Source of the DNA: Candidatus Latescibacterota bacterium
GTDB lineage: Bacteria; Latescibacterota; UBA2968; UBA8231
Direction: 5' to 3'
Assembly (NCBI GenBank): GCA_965203355.1
Contig: OZ241889.1
Coordinates: 2,944,001-3,008,000 of the forward strand
DNA: 64,000 nt
Part shown: piece after piece, positions 47,881 through 57,378 of the stretch
Position numbering within the stretch: the first letter of the stretch is position 1
Layout: every line of letters begins with the position of its first letter
Notes under the pieces: generated by a model
The model's database searches: none
What the model saw: only the letters and a program-made list of their open reading frames with translations
Told to the model about the DNA's origin: nothing
Made by a program: the position numbers and the translations under genes

Positions 47881-48705
47881 TTATACCTCCCCGAATGGCC
47901 ACAGCTTCAACGCCGTCTTGCCCAGCACCCATTCCAAATCCTCCGGCGCGATAAATTTCATTTCGTCGCGCACCACCGCCAAGGGCTGGGCGTATTCGGC
48001 CAGCGACAGGCACACTGGCCAATCCGTGCCCCACATAATGCGCTGCGGCCCAAAGGTCTGATACACTTCCTCGACCATCTCGTGCGTATCGGCCCAAGGG
48101 TAGCCCTGCTTGGACAACGACCAAGTGTGGCTGATCTTGACGTACACGCCGGGGTAGCGGGCCAGGTCCATCAGCAATTGCCGCTCCTCCGGGTGGTCGG
48201 GATGCGCACTGGCCATGTGGTCAATGCAGCAATTCACATCCGGGTAGCGGTCGAGGATCCGCGCCAAATCCGGCATCCGACGCGGCCCAGTCAAAATCAA
48301 CATCGGGATCCCCAAATCTCGGGCGCGCGCAAAAATCGGGTCCATCCCCGGCCCCTTAAACCAATCGCCCGCCGCATCCTGCGATGGCGAGAGCCGCATC
48401 CCGTGCAGGCCGTGTTCCTCGGTCCACATCGACATGTGGTCGGGCGCGGCCGGGTCTTCGGGATTGATGCGTCCCACGGCCATGAAGCGGTCGGGATATT
48501 GTTTGCTGGCGTGGGCGACATAGCTGTTGTCCCAGCGGTAGTGGATGACTTGCACCAGCACGGTCTTTTCCACGCCATGGGCGTCCATCAGTGCCAGTAG
48601 TTCTTCCGCCGTGTGGTCTTCGGCGGGCGGGTTTGGATTTTCTGCCGGCCACGGAAAAGTCGGATCGTTGATCCACACGTGGACATGAGGGTCAATGATG
48701 CGCAT
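47881..48705 (-). CDS. Amidohydrolase family 2, sugar-lactonase (L-fuconolactonase)-like
   Basis: IIDPHVHVW, IDH, YVKIS, MWGTDWPV; ATG 48705. Confidence 0.88.
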   Translation of the reverse strand: MRIIDPHVHVWINDPTFPWPAENPNPPAEDHTAEELLALMDAHGVEKTVLVQVIHYRWDNSYVAHASKQYPDRFMAVGRINPEDPAAPDHMSMWTEEHGLHGMRLSPSQDAAGDWFKGPGMDPIFARARDLGIPMLILTGPRRMPDLARILDRYPDVNCCIDHMASAHPDHPEERQLLMDLARYPGVYVKISHTWSLSKQGYPWADTHEMVEEVYQTFGPQRIMWGTDWPVCLSLAEYAQPLAVVRDEMKFIAPEDLEWVLGKTALKLWPFGEV

Positions 48706-48850
48706 GAAGGATTCCTTTCTGCGAAATGAGCCGCGATAAGATGCGAAAAAGGGACGCGCCCGTCCAGCGATACGCCGCTTGCGAGGCCGCGTCCAGCCGC
48801 CTAGATTGACCGGCACCTTTCTTCACCCGGCGTTCCACAGGAGACGTACC

Positions 48851-50419
48851 TTGTTCGACCTGATCATTCGCAACGGCACCATCATCGACGGCCTCCGCGC
48901 CGACCGCTATCCCGCGGATATTGGCCTCCGCGCCGACCGCATCGCGGCCATCGGCGACCTCGGCGACACCCCAGCACCGCACAGCCTCGACGCCCAAGGT
49001 AAAATCGTCGCCCCGGGCTTTGTCGATGTCCACAACCACTCCGACGGCTGGCTCTTACAAAAGCCCAACTTCCGCCCCAAAACCCGCCAGGGCTTTACCA
49101 CCGAAGTCCTCATGGCCGACGGCATCTCCTACGCCCCGGTCGACGCCGCCACCCGCGCCCACTGGCTTTATTATATGCGCGCCCTCAACGGCCTGATGCA
49201 AAGCCACTACTCAGGCTGGGAGAGCCTCGCCGATTACATGCAGTTGCTCGACGGTCGCACCGCGCAAAACACCATCACCCACCTCCCCTATGCTCATCTG
49301 CGGGCCATGGCCTGTGGCTGGGACCGCCGCGTTCCCGACGACGGGCAAATGGAAGAGATTCTCGCCGGAGTCGAGCGCGGTATGGCCGAAGGGGCCGTCG
49401 GCCTTTCGACCGGGCTCGACTACATCGCCGAATGCTTTGCCACCACCGACGAACTCGTCGCTGCCTGTACGCCAATGGCAGAGCAACAGGGCCTCTACGT
49501 CACGCACGTGCGCTACAAAAAGGGCACCCTCGCCGGCGTGCAGGAAGCCGTCGAAGTGGGTCGGCGCGCCGGCGTCCCGGTCCACATTTCCCACTTCAAG
49601 GGCACCACGCCCCAGCAAATTGACGAACTGCTGTCGTACGTGGATCAAGTCGCGGTCAACGAAGTCGATTTCACCTTTGACGTGTACCCGTACCTGCCCG
49701 GCTCGACCATGCTCAACTTCATGTTGCCCTATGAGGTGTGGGAGGACGGTCCGTTGGGCGTCTTGCCCAAACTCAACGATCCCACAATCCGCCGCCGCTT
49801 CGCCCGCGTCCTCGACCGCTATGTCAATCCCCTCGACCGCATGACCATCGCTTGGCTGCCCGGGCGGGACAACGCTCGCTTTATTGGCCGCACCTTAGAC
49901 GAATACGTCCAACAAGCCGGTGCGCTTCCGGCCGACGCGCTCTGCGACCTGCTAATCGAAGAAAACTTGGCGGTCCTCCTCGTCTTCCACCACGGCGACG
50001 ACGCCTTGGTGCATCCCTTCCTGTCGCATGAAAAATACATGCTGGGCAGCGACGGGATTTACTTCCCCGACGGCGCAGTCCATCCGCGTTTATACGGATC
50101 CGCCGCGCGCCTGCTAGGGCCTTGCGTCCGCGACCACAAGCTCTTCTCGCTCGAAGACGCGGTGTACAAGCTGAGCGGCCACCCAGCATCGCGGTTTGGG
50201 CTGACACAACGAGGGCAAGTCGCCGAGGGCTTTTACGCGGACTTAGTCGTCTTTGACGCCGAGACTGTTGCCGATCGCGCCACGTACGCCGACCCTCACC
50301 AGTATTCGATCGGGGTCGAGCACGTCCTCGTCAACGGGGTTCCGATCGTCCGCAACGGATGCGCGGTCGAAGACTTGGGGCCGACTTGGCCGGGTCGCTA
50401 TCTGAAGTTCAGGGCCTGA
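48851..50419 (+). CDS. N-acyl-D-amino-acid deacylase family amidohydrolase
   Basis: PGFVDVHNHSD, GLSTGLDY, HISHFK, DVYPY, GSDG, HPRLYG; TTG start after AGGAG. Confidence 0.92.
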   Translation: MFDLIIRNGTIIDGLRADRYPADIGLRADRIAAIGDLGDTPAPHSLDAQGKIVAPGFVDVHNHSDGWLLQKPNFRPKTRQGFTTEVLMADGISYAPVDAATRAHWLYYMRALNGLMQSHYSGWESLADYMQLLDGRTAQNTITHLPYAHLRAMACGWDRRVPDDGQMEEILAGVERGMAEGAVGLSTGLDYIAECFATTDELVAACTPMAEQQGLYVTHVRYKKGTLAGVQEAVEVGRRAGVPVHISHFKGTTPQQIDELLSYVDQVAVNEVDFTFDVYPYLPGSTMLNFMLPYEVWEDGPLGVLPKLNDPTIRRRFARVLDRYVNPLDRMTIAWLPGRDNARFIGRTLDEYVQQAGALPADALCDLLIEENLAVLLVFHHGDDALVHPFLSHEKYMLGSDGIYFPDGAVHPRLYGSAARLLGPCVRDHKLFSLEDAVYKLSGHPASRFGLTQRGQVAEGFYADLVVFDAETVADRATYADPHQYSIGVEHVLVNGVPIVRNGCAVEDLGPTWPGRYLKFRA

Positions 50420-50785
50420 TTAGTACTTGCTCCGCCGGCCGCCGTTCCAGCACTCGGCCGTCTCGCCCTTGGGGTTGAGCAGCGTGGCCGAGTGCTCGCT
50501 TAACTTGACCCATACCGTCTCACCGACGTACATCCAGCACCAAGAGCAATGTTCTTTCGGATCGAGCAACCAGACGTCCCCGTCCGGCAACCGCACCAAT
50601 AAGAGTCCCTCGGCAAGGCGACGCATCAGGTGCGCTTCCACATAGTCGCCGGTGGCCAAAAGTTGCGCGGCTTGGAGCGAGGGTTCTGGGGATGGGACCG
50701 GCGCGGCGATCAGCGCACAGCCCCCGATCAACGCGACGCAGACGACCGCACTGTGCAGCTTGTGTATTGGAGTAAGCGACGACAT
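50420..50785 (-). CDS. Small exported hypothetical protein with CxWC and CW motifs
   Basis: 121 aa; hydrophobic N-terminus, beta-rich body. Confidence 0.6.
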   Translation of the reverse strand: MSSLTPIHKLHSAVVCVALIGGCALIAAPVPSPEPSLQAAQLLATGDYVEAHLMRRLAEGLLLVRLPDGDVWLLDPKEHCSWCWMYVGETVWVKLSEHSATLLNPKGETAECWNGGRRSKY

Positions 50786-51094
50786 CTTCTTCTTTGGCTT
50801 AGGATTGACGCTGATTTATACTCTCATTAATATTTAGTATATAAAGACGCCCCTATCCAAGATAACACTATGACCTCGACAGATACCATTGAACCCACCG
50901 CTCTTTAAGGCGTCACCTCAACTTTGAAGGAGTTTTGTTATGGCCTCTTTACAGTTACATGTAAAACGTTGGAGATGAAAGAAAATTTTGGGATAAGTGT
51001 ATTTTCCATCTTATCCGCGCTAATCGCACTTCAGTGACTGTGGAGGAGATAGTAATGGTTGCTGATCAAATCGTGATGGAGAGAAGGAAACGAA

Positions 51095-51190
51095 TTACTG
51101 CATCTGCTCTCCATTCCTGAGATGCGTAAATCTATCATCGAGGGCCTGAAAACGCCCGTAGAGGAGTGCGCCGAGGAACTTGACTGGTGA
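51095..51190 (+). pseudogene. yefM: C-terminal remnant of a Phd/YefM antitoxin
   Basis: LHLLSIPEMRKSIIEGLKTPVEECAEELDW* overlaps the toxin start (GTGA); in-frame stop at 51074 and no N-terminal domain. Confidence 0.82.
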
Positions 51191-51456
51191 GTTGGAAGCT
51201 GGTCTTTACTCGGCAAGCACAGCGGGACGCCAAGAAGCTCCAAGCGGCGGGCTTGCGACCCCGAGCGGAAAAGCTGCTCGATTTGCTTAAAGAAAATCCT
51301 TTCTGTACGCCGCCCCCATTTGAAAAACTGCTCGGCGATGTAAGTGGTGCCTACTCCCGTCGGATCAACATCCAGCACCGTCTACGTCTAGTTTATCAGG
51401 TCTTAAAAAAAGAAAAAGTCGTCAAGGTGCTCCGCCTGTGGACACACTATGAGTAG
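51187..51456 (+). CDS. yoeB: Txe/YoeB-family toxin carrying a 2-aa insertion
   Basis: PPFEKLLGD..GAYSRRINIQHRLRLVYQV...LWTHYE. Confidence 0.9.
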   Translation: MSWKLVFTRQAQRDAKKLQAAGLRPRAEKLLDLLKENPFCTPPPFEKLLGDVSGAYSRRINIQHRLRLVYQVLKKEKVVKVLRLWTHYE

Positions 51457-51495
51457 GCGAGCCCATGGCACCGCGTTGTGTAACACTCAAGCCCG

Positions 51496-52047
51496 TTAGA
51501 ATACGTCTGCAAGCGGCACATTCCACCCAGGGACCACCTCGCCGCCATCGAGCACATCGCCTTCGGTTAGCATGCACATGTCGTCGGGAGCGCGGTACAC
51601 CGTTGCAGTGCGTTGGTCGGGGTCAATCACAACGACCATCTGCGTACCCGCCCGCAGCCAGTCAAACACTTTTTCTTTCATCTCGCTGTAGCGATCATTG
51701 GGTGAAACAACTTCAACGGCGAGGTCTGGGGCACCGGGGAAAAAACCTCGTTCTTCTGCGGTAGCCTCAGCGCGTTCCCGCGACACAAAGCTGACATCGG
51801 GTGCCCGGACCGTATCAGGCGCAGTGTCAATGAGGAAGCCGGTCTCGGCGGCATAGGTTTCGCCCAAGCTATTGTTTGCAACAAATGCTTCGAGATAGCT
51901 ACCGATTTTTGCGGCGATGCGTCCGCGTCGTCTGCCGACAGGTGCCATCTGGCGCAATTCTCCTTGTACAAGTTCGCAGCAATAGCCATTGTGCGGCATC
52001 GCCAGCAGTTCATCGGCGGTCATCTGGGCAACTGTTTGTGTAGCCAT
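51496..52047 (-). CDS. Uma2 (DUF820) family endonuclease
   Basis: ELVQGEL..M.P, VRAPDVSFV, APDLAVEVVSPND, VVPGW; ATG 52047. Confidence 0.92.
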   Translation of the reverse strand: MATQTVAQMTADELLAMPHNGYCCELVQGELRQMAPVGRRRGRIAAKIGSYLEAFVANNSLGETYAAETGFLIDTAPDTVRAPDVSFVSRERAEATAEERGFFPGAPDLAVEVVSPNDRYSEMKEKVFDWLRAGTQMVVVIDPDQRTATVYRAPDDMCMLTEGDVLDGGEVVPGWNVPLADVF

Positions 52048-52141
52048 AATAGCAGCTTTGCGGTGGGAGTTAAATTTGATACTAGCCAAATGCCATAGCG
52101 AGGCTACCCCAATAGTTGAACTGCGAATCCAGCAACATCGA

Positions 52142-52205
52142 GCGATCCCAGCTCCAGCCGGCCGCAAGATTCCACCATGCACCCGCGTACTCTCAATGCG
52201 ATCCG
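52142..52205 (-). pseudogene. Possible degraded DUF433 fragment
   Basis: Frameshifted pieces DRIESTRV / MVE / LAAGWSWDR. Confidence 0.3.
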
Positions 52206-52243
52206 AGGCATCAACTGGACTATTTAGGCGCATTCCCCGCTTC

Positions 52244-53431
52244 TCATATAATGCCCTCGGCCTGCAACGCCGCTATCTCTTCCTCCGTCAGCCCCAACAC
52301 GCCGCCTAAGACCTGCTCGGTGTGCTGCCCCAACAAGGGCGCCGGCCCGCGCAACTCGACCGGCGTCGCAGAAAACCGCAGCGGTGAGTTGGCCACCGTT
52401 TGTCGGCCCGCGACTGGATGCTCCAACTCGACGATCATCTTCCGCGCCGCCACCTGCTCATCGCCAAAGACCTGTTCCACATCGCACAACGGCCCGCTCG
52501 GCACACCGGCCGCCGCTAGTATGGCGCACCATTCATCAACGGTTTTATCGGCCAACACCGGCTCCAACACCGACTCCAAGGCCGCGTGATTTTCCGTGCG
52601 CAGCGCGTTGTTGGCAAAACGCGGATCGTCGGCCAGCGAACTGAGGCCCAAGGCATCGCAAAGCTGACGCCAGAGCCGGTCGTTGCCCGCCGCAATGACG
52701 ATGTACCCATCGCGGGCGGCAAAAAACTGAAAAGGCGTAATGGCCGGATGCCGCGACCCGAGCGGCTTGGGCACTTCGCCGGATACGGCGTAGCGGGCGA
52801 GGGCATTTTCCAGCAGGGCCACCTGACAGTCGAGCATGGAAATATCGACTTGCTGCCCCTCGCCAGTGCGCCGCGCCCGATCCAAGGCCGCGAGGATGCC
52901 GATGGCCCCAAAAAGCGCCGCACTCAAGTCGGCCATGGACGAGCCGACCCGCACCGGCGGACCGTCGGGCTGTCCGGTGATGCTGGCCAGCCCCCCCATC
53001 GCCTGGATGAGCACGTCGTACGCGGGCCGCTGCGCGTACGGGCCGGTCTGGCCAAAACCCGAAATCGACGCGTACACTAAGCGCGGATACCGCGCATGCA
53101 GGTCGGTGTATCCCAAACCGAAGCGATCCATGCTGCCGGGACGAAAGTTCTCAATCAACACGTCGCACTCGCCAGCCAAACGCCGCGCCAAATCTTGGCC
53201 ACGCGCCTGCCGCAAGTCGATCGTCGCGCTTTTTTTGCCTCGGTTGACGCTGGCAAAGTACGCGCTCTCGCCGTTTTGAAACGGCCCAAACCCCCGCGCC
53301 TCATCGCCCACACCCGGTAGCTCGATCTTGATCACTTCCGCGCCCAAGTCGGCCAACACCATGGACGCGTACGGCCCGGCCAACACCCGCGTCAAGTCGA
53401 GTATCCGCACGCCAGCCAATAAAGGTTCCAT
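52244..53431 (-). CDS. CaiB/BaiF family III CoA-transferase
   Basis: LDLTRVLAGP, NRGKKS, ENFRPG, SGFGQTGP, catalytic Asp in MADL. Confidence 0.95.
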   Translation of the reverse strand: MEPLLAGVRILDLTRVLAGPYASMVLADLGAEVIKIELPGVGDEARGFGPFQNGESAYFASVNRGKKSATIDLRQARGQDLARRLAGECDVLIENFRPGSMDRFGLGYTDLHARYPRLVYASISGFGQTGPYAQRPAYDVLIQAMGGLASITGQPDGPPVRVGSSMADLSAALFGAIGILAALDRARRTGEGQQVDISMLDCQVALLENALARYAVSGEVPKPLGSRHPAITPFQFFAARDGYIVIAAGNDRLWRQLCDALGLSSLADDPRFANNALRTENHAALESVLEPVLADKTVDEWCAILAAAGVPSGPLCDVEQVFGDEQVAARKMIVELEHPVAGRQTVANSPLRFSATPVELRGPAPLLGQHTEQVLGGVLGLTEEEIAALQAEGII

Positions 53432-53432
53432 C

Positions 53433-55139
53433 TCAATCTCCTTGGGGCGCGGCGAGCAAACCGGCTCCTTCGCCGGGCACGGCCATCGTCAACGCCGGCT
53501 CATGGCCTAACTCCGTGCGCAACATCGCGGCAAACGCATCGCGGCGTTCCCCATCGACGAATGCCCGGTGGACTAAGCCGCCGATGTTGCCACCCCAACC
53601 AGCCCCCAACCGCTGCACGGCTCCCGCTGTTGGTCCCTCGGCGGCGAGAAAGCGATTGACCACCCGCGCGGTCCGATCATAGGCCGGCGTCATCCGCCCG
53701 TAGCCCCCGGGCAAAAAGCGCAGTTGCGCCCGCGCTTCCCCGCGCTCGGCGCACGCGGCAAGCTGCGCCAAGACCTGGTCTTCAACTTCCCGGTCCAGAT
53801 CGCCGTCGTGGGAAAGGCGAATCAATGCTAGGGCCGTGGCCATATCGCCCGCATTGAGGTATGCGAGCATACCAGCCACCCGGTCCTGCTCGGCCAAGCC
53901 GTAAACGCAGCGCCGGCGAATAAACAACGGCGTGTCCTCGGCTAAGAGTTGAAACTTGCCGGCGATCTCTTGCTGGTACATGGCGTCGAAATGCGCCCCG
54001 ACGCCAGCCGCTTGCGCGGCAGTGGCTAGCTGCGCCAGACTAGTCTGCCGCGGCAACTGGCCCAAGACTCGGTATAGCTCGGCCAGCGACAACTCCAACG
54101 GCTCGGGCGCAATATCCCGGATGTAGCGAATGCGCTCGCATACGGCCCGGTCTTTGCCCAGTCGCGGCAAAATCAGCGAGCGAGCGATAAACGCGCCGAG
54201 CGGATAGGCGATGACCGTCTCTTCCTTGACGGCCTCGTCGTATGCGCGCACGATGCCGCTGTCGAGCACTAAAGCGGCGTACTCGTCGGGCAGGATCGCC
54301 TCGCCTTGCACGCGGGCCGGAAAGACGCCGACGCCGACCAGTTTGCCCGCCCGACCCAAGATCATCCCTCCGTGATCAGCCGTGCCGCCGCGCGTACCGC
54401 GCATCCACTCCGAGGTGCCCAGCCCATCGACCAAATCCGCTTCGGGCATATCGCGGCGCGGTGCCAATCCATGCACCCCCATCGCCGCCAACGCGGTCGC
54501 CACAACTAGGGCCGAAGACGAACTCATACCCCCACTGGGCGAGACATTGCTCCACACGAGCCCGTCGAAGCCGCCCAAAGCCACGCGACCGCGAAAGTAA
54601 CTCTCCAAATACACGAGTTGGCCTTCCACCAGCGCGGACCAGTCGCGGGCTAGGGCACTACCCGTGCGCGCTAATCGCTGGCGGCAAACTTGGCCCGCGT
54701 AGTCCATCAGCGCCTGCCGCTCAGCCACGCACGCCTGCGGCAGAATCGTCCCCAACGCTAGCGCAATGGGCGCGAAGCGATCCGCGGCCGCCCCGCGGCT
54801 GCGCAGCAAGCTGGCCAGCCGCACTCGACGACTGGCGGTTGCCCGCGCCACCACCAACGTATCCGCGCCGCGCACGGCCATCCGCACCGAGGGCATGCCT
54901 CCGTAGTCAATGTGCATCCCCATGACATTCATCTGCCCGGGACAGCGGACGATGACCACGCGGCCGTAGCGGCCGTAGCGCGCGGCAAAGTGCCGCAGGG
55001 CTTCCAAGTAATTGGCCCGCCAAGCCGCCACCTGCTCCCGCCCATAGATCCGCCTGAACTCGCCGTCGAAGCGGCCCTGCTCAATGGCGGCTTGCCACTG
55101 GTCTAGACTCGCTGTATAGGGATTGTTAGAGCGCACCAT
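53433..55139 (-). CDS. Divergent GHMP kinase (galactokinase-like)
   Basis: CPGQMNVMGMHIDY, SGGMSSSSA, GGTADH, LGAGWGG, PGEGA. Confidence 0.85.
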   Translation of the reverse strand: MVRSNNPYTASLDQWQAAIEQGRFDGEFRRIYGREQVAAWRANYLEALRHFAARYGRYGRVVIVRCPGQMNVMGMHIDYGGMPSVRMAVRGADTLVVARATASRRVRLASLLRSRGAAADRFAPIALALGTILPQACVAERQALMDYAGQVCRQRLARTGSALARDWSALVEGQLVYLESYFRGRVALGGFDGLVWSNVSPSGGMSSSSALVVATALAAMGVHGLAPRRDMPEADLVDGLGTSEWMRGTRGGTADHGGMILGRAGKLVGVGVFPARVQGEAILPDEYAALVLDSGIVRAYDEAVKEETVIAYPLGAFIARSLILPRLGKDRAVCERIRYIRDIAPEPLELSLAELYRVLGQLPRQTSLAQLATAAQAAGVGAHFDAMYQQEIAGKFQLLAEDTPLFIRRRCVYGLAEQDRVAGMLAYLNAGDMATALALIRLSHDGDLDREVEDQVLAQLAACAERGEARAQLRFLPGGYGRMTPAYDRTARVVNRFLAAEGPTAGAVQRLGAGWGGNIGGLVHRAFVDGERRDAFAAMLRTELGHEPALTMAVPGEGAGLLAAPQGD

Positions 55140-57378
55140 CCACGCTCAGAGAGATGCGGCGCAAGGGGCGTATTTGGCGCTCGATCGTCGCGTAGTAATA
55201 CTGCAGCGCATTGTCCACCCGCAGGTTGATCTGCAGGACGCCTAGCTTGCGGCTCAACTGCACATCGAGCAAGTAAATGGGCACATAGTCGCGCCCACAC
55301 TCGGCAAACAGGCCGGATACTCGTTCAAAACGGCTGAGGTATTGGAAGTTTACCTGCCCACTCGTGGGGCCGCGCTTCCCCTCGAGACCCAGATTGAGGA
55401 CGTGGCGCGACCGGTAAGGCAGCGGTGCCCGCGCACCGTAGTCGCCGTGGCAATAAGGCGGCAACACTTGATCCGCCGCGAGAAACTCCACGCCATCAAC
55501 CAAGGTATAGGCCGCCCTAGCCCCCAAGCCCAGCGGCAGGGCAACCCAGAGCTCGCTTTCAAACCCACCGCCCCGCGCCCGCGCCAAGTTCAGGAAGCGC
55601 GCCACGGGTACCGTCCCGCCGGCATAGGGGTCTGGACGCGCCTCAATCAGCCCGCGGTACTCGTTCCAAAACACGGCCATATCCAACGCCAACCACGGCG
55701 CCAACTCCTGTTTAACCCCGATCTCGCTCGACCAAGCCCGCTCGGGATCCAAGGCCGGGTTGGGACAGACCCGAATACCAGAGGCCTCGGCTTGAGAAAA
55801 AACCTCGAGCACCGATGGCACGCGAAAACCCCGGCCGATCGAAGCCCGCAGCGCAGTCGCCTCGGACAGCCGATAGGAAAAGCCGGTCTGGGGGCTAAAT
55901 TCCCCTACACTTTTACTCTCGACCGGCGGCGCTCCGCACGGCCCTTCGGTCAACTGAGAAGCCGCCGAGCGCCGACTCCAGTCGTAGCGCAACCCGACGG
56001 TCCACTCGGCCAGCGGACTGAGCTCGTACACGCCTTGGGCATAGCCCGAGGTGGTTATCAGGGAACGCGTACCGAGAAAATCGCTGGGCGAGCGCACCAG
56101 ATCGGCCACTGAGGCCAACCCCAGCGTCCAATTCCAACCGCGCAATCCCGTGTAGTCGAGCTGACCTTCGCCCGAAATTTTGTGCCCATCCGAGACCAAG
56201 CCGCCAGCCGCCGCATTGTTGGTAAAACCCGTGCGGTAATATCCCGTCTTAAGTCGATAGCCTAACTCGCTGTGTACCAAGCGATAGTACTCAGAATTGA
56301 GGTGTAGCTTCCACGAGTTCGTATGGGCCGGGGCGTCGTTTTCTGGCACGGCCAGCGGATGGCTGCGGTCGCGCCACTGGATGAAAACCCCGTGGTCGTC
56401 CAGTGCCCAATGGCCCATCACGCGCCAATAGCTCGTCGGCGAGAACCGATGTATCGCCTTGGTATAGAGGTGATAGCGGCGATTGTCGCCGTTTTGGTGG
56501 TATCCCGTGCCCCGGTTGTGGCCCCCGCTCAGCGCCAAGCCGGTCCGCCCCAACACCCGCTGGTGGCTTACGTCGAATCCGACAAAGTGCATCGGCGACT
56601 CGCTCCAGCGCCACGGGCTATACGCTGGCTGGCTATACAACCCACTGAGCAGCCGAAAGCGGGTGCCCGGATCGCGTGCTGGATCGCGGGTGAGCACGTT
56701 GATCACCCCACCCAACGCTCCGGTGCCGTACAGGGCCGAGCCAGCCCCTTTGACCACCTCCACGCGCTCGACTTGCTGTAAGGGCACGGCATCCCACTTG
56801 ATGTCGCCCAGATCCGACGACAGCATTGGGAATCCATCCACCAACATCAGCAGCCGACTGCCCGTGCCGCGACTGTAGCCGCTCGAACCGCGGACGACCG
56901 GCTCGCTACCTACTTGGCTGATGCCCGAGACATAGCGCAGGGGGCCAGTCAGCGAGAAGGCGTTGTGCGCGGCGATGCGCTCGGCATCGGCTACTGAGAT
57001 GCTAATGGGAGCTTGGGCAAAGGTCTGAGAGCGGCGGGCAGCCGAGACGACCAGCTCGGGCACTGCGACCGCTGTCGGTTCGAGGGCGACGACGCGTTCC
57101 TCGGCTCCGGGCGCAACGCCGCGCAGCGCGTACGAGCGATAGCCAATATGCGAACAAAGCAGATCGTATTGGCCGGGCGGCAAGCCCTCGACCCGGGCGT
57201 AGCCTTCTTCGTTGGCGGACCCGCCAAATTCCGTCCCCAGCACCGCCAACGTCGCGCCAGGCAGTGGGGTTTGGTCGCTGGCGTCGAGGACGCGGACGAC
57301 GATATCAGCGGCCGAGCTCGGCCAGCAATTCAGCAGGCAAAGCGCGCTCGCATAGCGCAGTGCTGCGATCGGTCTCAT
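55126..57378 (-). CDS. TonB-dependent receptor with N-terminal carboxypeptidase-regulatory-like domain
   Basis: Signal peptide from ATG 57378; LPGAT, VVSAARR, VDG, RVEVVKGAGSALYG.GALGGVIN, LDPERA. Confidence 0.93.
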   Translation of the reverse strand: MRPIAALRYASALCLLNCWPSSAADIVVRVLDASDQTPLPGATLAVLGTEFGGSANEEGYARVEGLPPGQYDLLCSHIGYRSYALRGVAPGAEERVVALEPTAVAVPELVVSAARRSQTFAQAPISISVADAERIAAHNAFSLTGPLRYVSGISQVGSEPVVRGSSGYSRGTGSRLLMLVDGFPMLSSDLGDIKWDAVPLQQVERVEVVKGAGSALYGTGALGGVINVLTRDPARDPGTRFRLLSGLYSQPAYSPWRWSESPMHFVGFDVSHQRVLGRTGLALSGGHNRGTGYHQNGDNRRYHLYTKAIHRFSPTSYWRVMGHWALDDHGVFIQWRDRSHPLAVPENDAPAHTNSWKLHLNSEYYRLVHSELGYRLKTGYYRTGFTNNAAAGGLVSDGHKISGEGQLDYTGLRGWNWTLGLASVADLVRSPSDFLGTRSLITTSGYAQGVYELSPLAEWTVGLRYDWSRRSAASQLTEGPCGAPPVESKSVGEFSPQTGFSYRLSEATALRASIGRGFRVPSVLEVFSQAEASGIRVCPNPALDPERAWSSEIGVKQELAPWLALDMAVFWNEYRGLIEARPDPYAGGTVPVARFLNLARARGGGFESELWVALPLGLGARAAYTLVDGVEFLAADQVLPPYCHGDYGARAPLPYRSRHVLNLGLEGKRGPTSGQVNFQYLSRFERVSGLFAECGRDYVPIYLLDVQLSRKLGVLQINLRVDNALQYYYATIERQIRPLRRISLSVDGAL

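Noticed and set aside
50940-50978. 12-aa ORF MASLQLHVKRWR with AAGGAG RBS
   Set aside because: Too short to assign; probably another gene stump in the decayed region
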